DNA of 64,000 nt from Nitrososphaeria archaeon (GTDB lineage: Archaea; Thermoproteota; Nitrososphaeria; Geothermarchaeales; JDFR-13), in contig JALWXN010000001.1 in assembly GCA_027078545.1 (NCBI GenBank), forward strand, positions 18,347-82,346, in the 5' to 3' direction. Below, piece after piece: positions 26,638 through 35,500 of the stretch (within the stretch, counting starts at the first letter, position 1; each line of letters begins with the position of its first letter). A model generated the notes under the pieces. The model saw only the letters and a program-made list of their open reading frames with translations, was not told the origin of the DNA and made no database searches. The position numbers and the translations under genes were made by a program.

Positions 26638-26718
26638 CTGGCTAACCAGCAACTAAAATCCTTTTTCCACATATTCCTAAAAATGAGGTTTTACACTGGA
26701 TTTCCACGGGTTTTGGGG

Positions 26719-26763
26719 CTTTAAGATATATAAAGCCTGTGTCCGTGTATAATTTGTGAGGTG
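26719..26763 (+). promoter_or_regulatory. Promoter (TATA) and Shine-Dalgarno sequence for the substrate-binding protein gene
   Basis: 'CTTTAAGATATATAAAGCC' at 26719-26737, then 'GTGAGGTG' at 26756-26763, 8 nt before the ATG at 26772. Confidence 0.5.
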
Positions 26764-26771
26764 TTACTTCT

Positions 26772-29699
26772 ATGAATAGGGCAGCATGGTCCATAGTACT
26801 CGCTATTCTACTCGTGTTGCCGGTGTTCTTCATCCAGGCACCAGTATATGCCCAGGAGAGGCCGGGGCCACCTGCAGACAAGGTTCTCGTAGAGGTTAGG
26901 CTGACGCAGGATGTCGGTCTAGCAGACGTAGCTGCTGGTAAGGCAGACATATTCATGTGGGGTGTCTCACCAGCGACGCTGGCCCAGCTCTCAGAGGCTC
27001 TGAGGCAGAACCTTAAGACCTACCAGTCAAGGTCCTCATTCTGGTCATATGTCTTCAACCCTGTGGAGAGCCCTGAGCTGGGTCCAGGCATAGTGAACAC
27101 GACATCCGGTGAGGTACACTTCAACCCATTCGCTATCAGGGAAGTAAGGTTCGCCATGAACTACGCCCTTAACAGGAAGTTCCTGATCGACGAGATCCTG
27201 CTGGGCGGCGGTGAGCCGATGTACTCACCAGTGATGGTCAGCAACCCGTTCCACGTGTGGGTTGAGCCATTCATCAGGGAGTTCGGCTTCACCGAGGAGG
27301 GCAACCTAGAGCTTGCAAAGCAGATGGTTGACGCAGCCCTTACAGAGGTGGCTAACCAGCTAGAGGGTACAGGATATACCTTGGAGAAGGTCACTGATCC
27401 AGAGTCCCCAGCAGGGTTCTGGTGGAAGTTTAGCGGTCCAGGCGTGCCTGGCGGTGAGGAGATTGTAACTGTGAAGTTCATAGTAAGGGTTGAGGATGAG
27501 AGGAGAGAGGGTGGTAGGGCCTTCGCCTCATGGATAGAGCAGACAGGTATAAAGGTTGAGATCGCCGAGACTGAGAGGAGGCTCGCCATCAGCACGGTAT
27601 ACATTACAAACCCAAGGGACTATAGGTGGAACATCTATACCGAGGGCTGGATATCGCTCTCGGACTTCCCATACATTGAGCTCGATGCAGTATTCTTCTA
27701 CTCATCGACCTTCGGCTTCGTACCTGCATTCCCACTGGAGGACTGGATAGTATATAGGAACGAGACAATTGACGAGCTATCCTTCCAGCTGGTTCAGGGT
27801 ACACTCCCAGATAAGGAGTCCTATGAGCAGACAGTGAAGACTCTTATCAAGATGGGTATGCAGGAGTCTGTCAGGGTATTCGCCGTTAACACGATCGAGT
27901 ATTGGGCAGCCAGCGCAGACCTGACCAACGTGATACCTGGATTCGTAACTGGTCCGGCTAACATGTGGTTCTACAGGACGGCGACTACTGAGGACGGTAT
28001 CATTAGGCTTCTAGAGTATTCTGCCCAGGGTCAGCTATTCCTGACGGTGTGGAACCCAGTTCTAGGTTTCCAGGGTTACTACGCAGAGATTATAAGGGCG
28101 GCTGTTAGGGACTACGGTATATTCCCACACCCGAGGCTAGGTGAGCCAACAGCTGTGAGGGCTGACTTCGTGGTTGAGAAGCAGTTCGATATAGTGGAGG
28201 GTACACTAGTGCCTCAGTACCCAGTGCCGGCAACGGCATTGGTGTTCGACCCAGTGGCTGAGGAGTGGGTAGAGATTGGTGAGGAGACTACATCGCTGGT
28301 CAAGATAACGTACAACTTCAAGTTCAGCAAGTTCCACGACGGCACAATGATGGGTATAGCTGATGTCATGGCTGCACTGGCCTTCACATATGAGTGGGCT
28401 AGCATGGACTTTGAGGGCGACCCGTTCTACGACAGCTCAATAGATAGTGGCGCTACACCATTCCTAGAGACAATTAAGGGTATAGAGATAATTAACGAGA
28501 CTGCTATAGCTGTATATGCTGACTATTATCACCCGTACTCCGACGGAGCAATTGCAATGAACTATGACTTCTTTACAGACCTACCGGTGCAGATCTGGGA
28601 TGCTATGGAGTACGTAGTAGTGGCCAATGGCCCAGCAACTGGTACAGACTACTACTGGGAGGATGTTGAGCCAGAGGTCGGTCTGGACCTGATTAGTGCG
28701 TCCCACGCAGAGGACATCAAGGCTGCTATGGAGAACCTACTTAACGAGGGCTGGACCGTAGAGGTAAATGGCAGCGTCGTGAGGCAGATAGACGCTCCAT
28801 ACGTATCGCCATACGCAGCACCATGGCTAACGGCTGACGAGGCTGCTGAAAGGTTCCAGAACTCGATAGCCTTCATCGAGGAGTTTGGCCACGCATACAT
28901 TAGCAACGGTCCATTCATGATCGAGCAGTATAGGCCTGAGGAGAGGTTCATGGAGCTAACAGCCTTCAGGGATGAGTCCTATCCATTCACTGAGCAGCAG
29001 TTCCTAGAGCAGTTCTCAGTTGCCTTCCTAAGGATCGACGCTGTAGAGGTGCCTGACGACATGTTCGTCGGTGAGGACATACCAGTAACAGTCTACCTGA
29101 CCTACGTAGAGACATTCCCGAACGAGATCGCAGTACCAGCATCACAGGGTGAGGTCATTGTAAAGCTATTGACTCTAGACGGTGAGGAGATAGCTGCTGC
29201 AAGGGCCAGTCTAATAGAGCCAGGTAGGTTCGACGCCATACTGCCAGGTGCCAGGACAAGAGGCATAGCCCCAGGAGTATACCAGATAGAGGTATTCGCA
29301 ACATTCGGTGGCCTATATGGATGGAAGCAGGTCATCACTGTAGAGCTCCAGCCCAACCCGACACAGACGAGGCTAGATGAGATAACTGACAGGCTCAACG
29401 GCCTGTCAGAGGCCTTGGCACAGCTCTCTGACAACCTAGCCAACGCACTTAACAGCGTAAGCGAGGCCCTAGGCGAGATAGACACAGCCATCTCCGGCCT
29501 AGGCGACCAGCTAGGCAACCTTGGTGACCAGCTAGACAACCAGGCACAGACTCAGACGCAGCAGTTCAACGACCTACAGAACTCGCTAGACGAGCTGTCA
29601 CAGAAGCTAGACGCACTATCAATGGTGACGACGCTGCTGATACTGATAGTGATACTGCAGCTAGCATCCATCGGACTCTTCTTCATCAAGAGGAAGTAG
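26772..29699 (+). CDS. Family 5 (peptide/oligosaccharide) ABC substrate-binding protein with C-terminal coiled-coil stalk and TM anchor
   Basis: 975 aa. Signal peptide 'MNRAAWSIVLAILLVLPVFFIQAPVYAQ', a long SBP_bac_5-like body, a heptad-like C-terminal region 'LNGLSEALAQLSDNLANALNSVSEALGEIDTAISGLGDQLGNLGDQLDN...', and a terminal TM 'VTTLLILIVILQLASIGLFFI' followed by KRK. Confidence 0.8.
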   Translation: MNRAAWSIVLAILLVLPVFFIQAPVYAQERPGPPADKVLVEVRLTQDVGLADVAAGKADIFMWGVSPATLAQLSEALRQNLKTYQSRSSFWSYVFNPVESPELGPGIVNTTSGEVHFNPFAIREVRFAMNYALNRKFLIDEILLGGGEPMYSPVMVSNPFHVWVEPFIREFGFTEEGNLELAKQMVDAALTEVANQLEGTGYTLEKVTDPESPAGFWWKFSGPGVPGGEEIVTVKFIVRVEDERREGGRAFASWIEQTGIKVEIAETERRLAISTVYITNPRDYRWNIYTEGWISLSDFPYIELDAVFFYSSTFGFVPAFPLEDWIVYRNETIDELSFQLVQGTLPDKESYEQTVKTLIKMGMQESVRVFAVNTIEYWAASADLTNVIPGFVTGPANMWFYRTATTEDGIIRLLEYSAQGQLFLTVWNPVLGFQGYYAEIIRAAVRDYGIFPHPRLGEPTAVRADFVVEKQFDIVEGTLVPQYPVPATALVFDPVAEEWVEIGEETTSLVKITYNFKFSKFHDGTMMGIADVMAALAFTYEWASMDFEGDPFYDSSIDSGATPFLETIKGIEIINETAIAVYADYYHPYSDGAIAMNYDFFTDLPVQIWDAMEYVVVANGPATGTDYYWEDVEPEVGLDLISASHAEDIKAAMENLLNEGWTVEVNGSVVRQIDAPYVSPYAAPWLTADEAAERFQNSIAFIEEFGHAYISNGPFMIEQYRPEERFMELTAFRDESYPFTEQQFLEQFSVAFLRIDAVEVPDDMFVGEDIPVTVYLTYVETFPNEIAVPASQGEVIVKLLTLDGEEIAAARASLIEPGRFDAILPGARTRGIAPGVYQIEVFATFGGLYGWKQVITVELQPNPTQTRLDEITDRLNGLSEALAQLSDNLANALNSVSEALGEIDTAISGLGDQLGNLGDQLDNQAQTQTQQFNDLQNSLDELSQKLDALSMVTTLLILIVILQLASIGLFFIKRK

Positions 29700-29715
29700 C
29701 CCACCCAACCCCTCC

Positions 29716-29739
29716 TTTTTAAAACCCTCCAAAATTTTT
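29716..29739 (+). terminator. Two oligo-T tracts after the SBP gene
   Basis: T5 at 29716-29720 and T5 at 29735-29739, each followed by the direct repeat 'AAAACCCTCC' (29721-29730 and 29742-29751). Confidence 0.4.
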
Positions 29740-29820
29740 ATAAAACCCTCCTGACGGATACATAACTCCTCCTAGAGATATCAAACCCTTTATGAGGGCA
29801 TACAACCAACATATAATGGT

Positions 29821-30969
29821 ATGTCTAGAGGCGGTGGTAGCTTTGCACGATACTTGGTAGCTATATATCTATCGACCCTCATCATAGGGCTCCTCCTCAC
29901 TTATTGGGTGGCCAAGTCGGAGGTGGATTCCGCTGTATCTGGTGTAGAGATAGAGGTGCTCGCAAAGATATATAGCCTATCCTACCAGGCGGAGAACATT
30001 ACCCAGCCAAAATTCAATAACTTGACTCGGGAGTTGTTGGGTCTCGAGCCCGAGAGGCTCTACGGCTTCCTATATATTGCCCAGCCGGAGACTAGTTGGG
30101 TCTATAGGGCTGGATACATAAACATATTCCTATTCTTCGGTGGGTTTGACAGTAGGTATTTCGCCGGGTTCTCCATCCCCAGGATACAGTTCTTCCTAGC
30201 AACACCTGATTATGACGAGCTGGGAATCGATGAGCCTGGTGATGGTGAGGTATTGATTGTTCTGGATGAGAGGTATAGGCTTAGGGATGACCCTATCTTT
30301 GAGGTGGTACTTGATGAGAGTTGGCTGGCTCTGTACTATCCAAGTGTATTGTCAATAAACCTGACCTACACCACAATATTCATGGATACGGAGCCCCTGA
30401 GAAGAGCACTAGGGATACCCGAGGAGGTTGGGTATGATGGTGAGACATATGACTTCACAAGGACGCCGCCGATCTATCTATTGGTGAACCTGAAGACCTA
30501 TGCAGACATCCTCGATGTTACATACCCCGTTATCTCGGGAGAGGTGCTTAGGGCGGAGTGGGTGCTGAGCGGCTTCGAGACATATGTAGAGGCGGCCTCC
30601 AAACCAGTCTCTCTCAGGGAGCGGATCATTAATGTCGTGTACTCCCTTGGGATAGAGGATGTGGAGGTAGTCTTGCTAAATATTGATGAGCTTGATAGGG
30701 CTGCTAGGCCAGCCAATCTCTACTCCCTATATGGGATCATATTCCTTGTGGTGGCTACAATCCCCGCCTTATACCTCGGCAGACGTTATAGGCGTAGAAG
30801 AGCCGGTCTAGACGGCTACGCAGTGATGGTGTATCTACTCATCCTGATCATCCTTATAGCCGTTCTGAGGATCCAGTACTACGTTAACCTTGTGACACTA
30901 CTCCTATACGCTACACTACCCATACTCGTCTCCCTCTACATCAGCCTTAAATCTAGGCGGCGCATATGA
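29821..30969 (+). CDS. Hypothetical membrane protein with a large extracytoplasmic domain
   Basis: 382 aa. N-terminal TM helix, about 280 aa of soluble region, then about three C-terminal TM helices separated by an Arg-rich loop. Confidence 0.5.
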   Translation: MSRGGGSFARYLVAIYLSTLIIGLLLTYWVAKSEVDSAVSGVEIEVLAKIYSLSYQAENITQPKFNNLTRELLGLEPERLYGFLYIAQPETSWVYRAGYINIFLFFGGFDSRYFAGFSIPRIQFFLATPDYDELGIDEPGDGEVLIVLDERYRLRDDPIFEVVLDESWLALYYPSVLSINLTYTTIFMDTEPLRRALGIPEEVGYDGETYDFTRTPPIYLLVNLKTYADILDVTYPVISGEVLRAEWVLSGFETYVEAASKPVSLRERIINVVYSLGIEDVEVVLLNIDELDRAARPANLYSLYGIIFLVVATIPALYLGRRYRRRRAGLDGYAVMVYLLILIILIAVLRIQYYVNLVTLLLYATLPILVSLYISLKSRRRI

Positions 30970-31015
30970 AGATATCTTAATCTCCGGGAAGTGGGGAGGG
31001 TGGGTTTGGAGATCC

Positions 31016-32857
31016 ATGTCTAAGAAGGTCTCTCTGAAGAGGGAGATAGGTCTACTCGGCTCCTTCTCCATGGGCTTCGCAGATGTTGGTGCAGATGTCT
31101 TCCTAGCCATAGGTATAGTTGCACTATATGCAGCCGGTTTCTCACCACTAGCATTCTTAATAGCCTCTATATGCTACATAACGACTGGCCTAGTCTATGC
31201 GGAGCTCAGTGAGCTATATCCCTATGCAGGTGGCGCACAGGTATATGGAACTAAGGCGGGTGGTGATGCTTTAGGATTTCTGATGGGATGGGCAATACTT
31301 CTTGACTATGTCTTGAACATCGCCCTATTCTCCATAGCCTCTGCTGGATACCTCTCATTTATACTCCCCAACCTCAGAGAAGAAATTAGTTTTCTGGGTT
31401 TGGAGCTTAGTGGTGTAGGCGTAACTGCCTTCAGCATCGTGATTTTTCTGATAATCCTTAACATTATAGGTATTAAAGAGTCTAGTGATTTCAACGTAGT
31501 ACTCGTTCTTGTAACCATAGCTACTGAGTTGGCGGTGCTTAGCCTTGGATACCTATACGCATTCGATTTAGACCGTTTCTTTGAACAGTTGAACTATTTT
31601 GGAAATCCAGAGGGAGTGAAGTATGTCTCCTACACAGGACTTCTAGATGTACGGACAGAGAACTTCCTATATGGCGTCACCCTCGCCATGAGTAGCTACA
31701 TAGGAATTGAATCAATAGCACAGGCGGCTGAGGAGACTAGGAATCCTTGGAAACATCTCCACAGAGCTTTTAAAATTGGGATTGTAGCAGTCGTCTTTTT
31801 CACCCTCGCCTTTTCAATCCTAGGTTTGGGGGTTCTGGGCTGGGAAGTTCTTGCCGAGGAGGCATATAACCCGATAGCATCTATAGCTAGTAAGGTTCCA
31901 GTTATTGGTGGGATATTCTCACTAAGTGTAGCCTTCGTGGCGTTTGCTATAAACATGGTATCTACAAATACGGGTGTCATCGGTGTTTCTCGTGTAGTAT
32001 ATAGCATGTCCAGATTCAAGATGCTGCCCAAGGTGTTTAGTAGGTTACACCCCACTAGGGCCACTCCATATGTTAGCATCATAGTCTTTAGTTTGATAGG
32101 TGGATCCCTAGCCCTAACGGGGGAAATACACTTTGTAGCCAGTCTCTACAACTTTGGTGCTTTGCTAAGCTACTTCTTAGTAAACCTTAGTCATATAAGG
32201 CTGAGGAAGATAGATAAAGAGGCTTACAGACACTGGAAGACACCACTCAACATAAAGATAAAAGGTGTAGAGTATAGCCTCGTATCGATCGTTGGGTTGG
32301 TATCTACAGGTGTTCTTTTCAGTCTTGTCGTCATCTACCACCCAGATGGAAGGATACTAGGGTTTACTTGGATGTTCATCGGAGCCCTGCTCTATGTAGC
32401 TTACAGAAAGGCGAAGGGCTGGGGCGTCTTTGAAAGGAGAAGCGTGGAAGAGATACCACCAGCAACCCCACACCTTAGAACAGCAGTAATAGTGAAGCCT
32501 GGGGTGGATCCGAGAAGAGTATTAGCCGCCATAGAAACACAGCTTCCAAGGATACATAGAATATTTCTCATTGGCCACTTGGATATACCTAGTGGTGGTG
32601 GAAAGGTGGCTGTCGATTTGGCTAAGGAGTTTGACAGGGAGCTGGAAACTTTAGAGAGACTTCTAAGAGAGGCTGGATATCTCGTGGAGCACCGTATATT
32701 CGTTGGTGGGGAGGATGGGCTTATGAGGCTTCTAAGCGACTTATCAGTGGATCAGGCGGCCTTCATAGCGCCTAAGAGGGTGTTTAGGAAGGCTGGGCGC
32801 TGGGGCCTGCTACGCCTCCCCGCTGGTGTCGAGCCTATCTACCTATATATAGACTAG
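31016..32857 (+). CDS. APC-superfamily amino acid/polyamine permease fused to a C-terminal cytoplasmic (USP-like) domain
   Basis: 613 aa. The N-terminal 'LLGSFSMGFADVGADVFLAIG' and about 12 TM helices are typical of the APC family. The roughly 150-aa C-terminal soluble tail has an alpha/beta pattern. Confidence 0.8.
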   Translation: MSKKVSLKREIGLLGSFSMGFADVGADVFLAIGIVALYAAGFSPLAFLIASICYITTGLVYAELSELYPYAGGAQVYGTKAGGDALGFLMGWAILLDYVLNIALFSIASAGYLSFILPNLREEISFLGLELSGVGVTAFSIVIFLIILNIIGIKESSDFNVVLVLVTIATELAVLSLGYLYAFDLDRFFEQLNYFGNPEGVKYVSYTGLLDVRTENFLYGVTLAMSSYIGIESIAQAAEETRNPWKHLHRAFKIGIVAVVFFTLAFSILGLGVLGWEVLAEEAYNPIASIASKVPVIGGIFSLSVAFVAFAINMVSTNTGVIGVSRVVYSMSRFKMLPKVFSRLHPTRATPYVSIIVFSLIGGSLALTGEIHFVASLYNFGALLSYFLVNLSHIRLRKIDKEAYRHWKTPLNIKIKGVEYSLVSIVGLVSTGVLFSLVVIYHPDGRILGFTWMFIGALLYVAYRKAKGWGVFERRSVEEIPPATPHLRTAVIVKPGVDPRRVLAAIETQLPRIHRIFLIGHLDIPSGGGKVAVDLAKEFDRELETLERLLREAGYLVEHRIFVGGEDGLMRLLSDLSVDQAAFIAPKRVFRKAGRWGLLRLPAGVEPIYLYID

Positions 32858-32875
32858 TGGGGGAAGTGGTATTGT

Positions 32876-33112
32876 ATGAAGGCGATTGTCCTGATCGTGG
32901 TTGAGCCGAATAAGCTTGACCATGTATGTAAGGAGCTGAGTAAGATAGAGGAGGTTGTGAAGGTCTACGAGATAACCGGGGAGTTCGACGTATTCATAGA
33001 GGTGGATATGGAGGATGTACAGAGCTTTAGACGCCTCCTCAAGGATAAGATTATGAAGATCAGTGGTGTCCGCATGACCCAGAGCAGCATAGTCATAGGT
33101 GAGTGGAAGTAG
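32876..33112 (+). CDS. Stand-alone Lrp/AsnC-type ligand-binding (RAM) domain protein
   Basis: 78 aa. 'VKVYEITGEFDVFIEVDMEDVQSFRRLLKDKIMKISGV' matches the AsnC_trans_reg/RAM fold, and there is no HTH. Confidence 0.7.
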   Translation: MKAIVLIVVEPNKLDHVCKELSKIEEVVKVYEITGEFDVFIEVDMEDVQSFRRLLKDKIMKISGVRMTQSSIVIGEWK

Positions 33113-33114
33113 TG

Positions 33115-33528
33115 ATGCGCCTCCTCATCCCAGTAGGGCTATACACATCCCCATACCCATATCTACACCTCCCGAAGATCGTGGGGCCGCAGGAGGTGGA
33201 GGCGACGGTATTCACAGCGATCCCCATACCCCAGGTAACTAGTCTGGACCATGTGCGTGAGGAGGAGCTTGAGATCATAAAGAAGTATCAGGATAAGCTA
33301 CGGGAGATCGGGGGTGTGTTGAGGGATCTGGGCTACACTGTGACGGAGAAGATCGTCTTCGCCCGTGACGTCGCCGAGGCTATATACCAAGAGTCTATCG
33401 AGACTCCATACGACCTCATAGTCCTGGTTAAGAGGAAGAAGCCGCCACGCTTCCTAGGCAGGAGTGTGAGCAGGTCACTTATACATAGGGTTGACAAGCC
33501 ACTCCTAATCCTGACCATGGAGGACTAG
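33115..33528 (+). CDS. Universal stress protein (UspA) family protein
   Basis: About 137 aa. N-terminal 'MRLLIPV' strand and C-terminal 'DLIVLVKRKK...GRSVSRSLIHRVDKPLLIL', typical of the USP fold. The ATG at 33115 is preferred. Confidence 0.65.
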   Translation: MRLLIPVGLYTSPYPYLHLPKIVGPQEVEATVFTAIPIPQVTSLDHVREEELEIIKKYQDKLREIGGVLRDLGYTVTEKIVFARDVAEAIYQESIETPYDLIVLVKRKKPPRFLGRSVSRSLIHRVDKPLLILTMED

Positions 33529-33531
33529 GCC

Positions 33532-34116
33532 GTGGATCTGGGGCTACACCCCACACGCCTAGTAGTCCTCCTAGCTATGCATACAGGGAGGGAGTGGGAG
33601 AGGCTGGCCCATCTATACGGCTTGACCGAGGCTGAGCTTAGGCGTCTCCACGGTATGAAGGATCTCCTCGGGGATGACGAGGCCTTCTACAGGGTTGTTG
33701 AGGCTCTACTGGCACAGGGATACGTGGATGACGTGGCCCGAGTACTTACGTGGAGGGGCTTCGAGAGGCTTACAGCCTACATACTTAGGAGCTATGGATA
33801 TAGGGTGGAGTTGAATGTTAGGCTGGGGCGTAGGGAGATCGATGTCCTAGGTAGGGGTAGGGGCCACACGCTATGTATAGACTGTAAACAGTGGGATAGG
33901 CCATTGATACCCTCTGCCGCTAGGAGGATACTCGAGGATCTAAAGACTAAGTGTGGGGAGCTGGGGGATATAAGTGGTAGGAGGATACCCCTAATAGTCT
34001 CGCTCAGGATGAGGAGGCCACTTATCATTAAGGGGATTGGGGCTGCGCTGCCCCTCGTGGCTCTGCCAGAGTTTCTAGGGGAGCTGCCCGTGATGCTTGG
34101 GACTGGTGAGCTTTAG
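33532..34116 (+). CDS. PD-(D/E)XK nuclease-fold protein (Mrr_cat/restriction-endonuclease-like domain)
   Basis: 194 aa. 'FERLTAYILRSYGYRVELNVRLGRREIDVLGRGRGHTLCIDCKQW' shows the E...D...(D/E)xK arrangement. Confidence 0.5.
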   Translation: MDLGLHPTRLVVLLAMHTGREWERLAHLYGLTEAELRRLHGMKDLLGDDEAFYRVVEALLAQGYVDDVARVLTWRGFERLTAYILRSYGYRVELNVRLGRREIDVLGRGRGHTLCIDCKQWDRPLIPSAARRILEDLKTKCGELGDISGRRIPLIVSLRMRRPLIIKGIGAALPLVALPEFLGELPVMLGTGEL

Positions 34117-34121
34117 AGGGG

Positions 34122-34295
34122 CTACCTAGCGAGTACCCTGTTACCCATATCCCTCCTAACCTTCTCGAGGACTGTGAAGTTGCATTTGGGGCATTTGAGG
34201 AAGCTCTGCTGTGAGATTACAGCCGCTGTGAAGACGCTTCCACATTTTAGGCAGCGGTAGCGGATACTCTTGGTATCCAGCTTAATATTCCTCAT
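34122..34295 (-). CDS. rpoP: DNA-directed RNA polymerase subunit Rpo12 (RpoP)-like zinc-ribbon protein
   Basis: Not in the ORF track (57 aa). Translation: MRNIKLDTKSIRYRCLKCGSVFTAAVISQQSFLKCPKCNFTVLEKVRRDMGNRVLAR. The 'YRCxKCG...(18)...CPxCxxxVLxKxR' pattern matches Rpo12/RPABC4. Confidence 0.55.
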   Translation of the reverse strand: MRNIKLDTKSIRYRCLKCGSVFTAAVISQQSFLKCPKCNFTVLEKVRRDMGNRVLAR

Positions 34296-34299
34296 GGCA

Positions 34300-34335
34300 A
34301 GTAGAATTTATATTGACCCACCTATTTAAAGATGC
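34300..34335. promoter_or_regulatory. Divergent promoter region between the rpoP-like gene and the epimerase gene
   Basis: AT-rich 'AATTTATATT' (34305-34314) and 'CCTATTTAAAG' (34321-34331). The latter lies about 31 nt from the minus-strand ATG (34295) and about 38 nt from the plus-strand ATG (34364). Confidence 0.4.
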
Positions 34336-34363
34336 TAGGCCCTGGGCTGAGGTGCGCCTCGAG

Positions 34364-35497
34364 ATGCCATCTATAGCTATATTCACCCCCACCCGCTCCT
34401 CAATAATCCTCCTATCGAGGGTCTATAGGGAGCTTATCGAGTCTACAGACATATCCATCCTCCACTATGATGTGGTGGAGGAGCATGGATGGTTTGAGAA
34501 GGGGCTTCAATACGTATCCCTAGAGTATGACAAGCCTAGGAGGGTTATTAGGTACCGGGATATGGAGGCCCTTACAAATGAGGTTAGGGAGGTTGTTGAG
34601 AGGGATGAGCCGGACCTAGCTGTACTGGCTGGCTACTCACCAGCCACCAAGACGATTCTAGACACATTGGCCAGCATGGATGTGAAGACTGTGCATCTAG
34701 AGTCGGGTCTGAGGACCTATACAGAGTCTGAGGAGGAGTATCTCAGGCAGTACATCGACTGGCACAGCACCGTGAACCTCACACCTGGGAGGCAGTACTA
34801 TGAGAACCTTGTGAGGGAGGGGTTCCCACGTGAACAGCTATACAACGTCGGCTCCCCCATTGTGGACGCCGTGTTGACGAATATCTCTAGGGCTGAGAGG
34901 CTCAGCAGCATACTCGAGGAGATCGGGCTTGAGAAGAGGCGTTACATACTGGCCTACACCGGCTCCCACGACCCTTCACGCTTCTTGGAGGCTGTTGGGG
35001 AGGCGTCCCTCAAGTGGGATATAGACGTCGTGATACCACTGGCTAAGTGGCAGAAGAAGAGGCTTATCGATATGGGGCTCTACTACGAGTCGATGACCAA
35101 GTACCTCGTCATACCGATAGAGATCCAGGACTATCTGGACCATCTAAGCCTGATAAACAACTCGAGGCATGTAGTGACCGACTCTCCCGAGCTGGCCCTA
35201 GAATCCTCGGTACTTAGGAGGGGGGTGACCCTGATAACCGGGTCTCCAGACCTATATAACCTCGTGGATCGTGGGGTCGCTACTACAGCCTCTATAGACG
35301 AGTTGTCGAGCATCCCTGTGGAGAGGCTTGGGAGGAGGCGTGGGCTAGACGTCTCCAAGGTCTTCGGAGGTGGGGAGAGCCACCTCAGGATCGTGGATGC
35401 AGTGAAGGGCTTTATAGATGCGAGGCTAACCAGGCCGGTGTGGCGCGGCCCAAGGTATAGCCACGGCGGTGGGGAGGGTGTGGAGCTAGGGGTCTAG
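34364..35497 (+). CDS. UDP-N-acetylglucosamine 2-epimerase (WecB/Epimerase_2 family)-like protein
   Basis: 'VHLESGLRTY' matches the 'HVEAGLRT' motif, and 'NVGSPIVDAV' matches 'vtGn..iDa'. The ATG at 34364 (MPSIAIFTPTR...) is preferred because the TATA element lies inside the track's upstream extension. Confidence 0.65.
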   Translation: MPSIAIFTPTRSSIILLSRVYRELIESTDISILHYDVVEEHGWFEKGLQYVSLEYDKPRRVIRYRDMEALTNEVREVVERDEPDLAVLAGYSPATKTILDTLASMDVKTVHLESGLRTYTESEEEYLRQYIDWHSTVNLTPGRQYYENLVREGFPREQLYNVGSPIVDAVLTNISRAERLSSILEEIGLEKRRYILAYTGSHDPSRFLEAVGEASLKWDIDVVIPLAKWQKKRLIDMGLYYESMTKYLVIPIEIQDYLDHLSLINNSRHVVTDSPELALESSVLRRGVTLITGSPDLYNLVDRGVATTASIDELSSIPVERLGRRRGLDVSKVFGGGESHLRIVDAVKGFIDARLTRPVWRGPRYSHGGGEGVELGV

Positions 35498-35500
35498 ACG

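Noticed and set aside
29721-29751. Direct repeat AAAACCCTCC (two copies) after the SBP gene as a mobile-element end or attachment site
   Set aside because: The repeats are only 10 nt, each is preceded by an oligo-T tract, and no recombinase is nearby. They are more simply part of a tandem terminator and the promoter region of the next gene.
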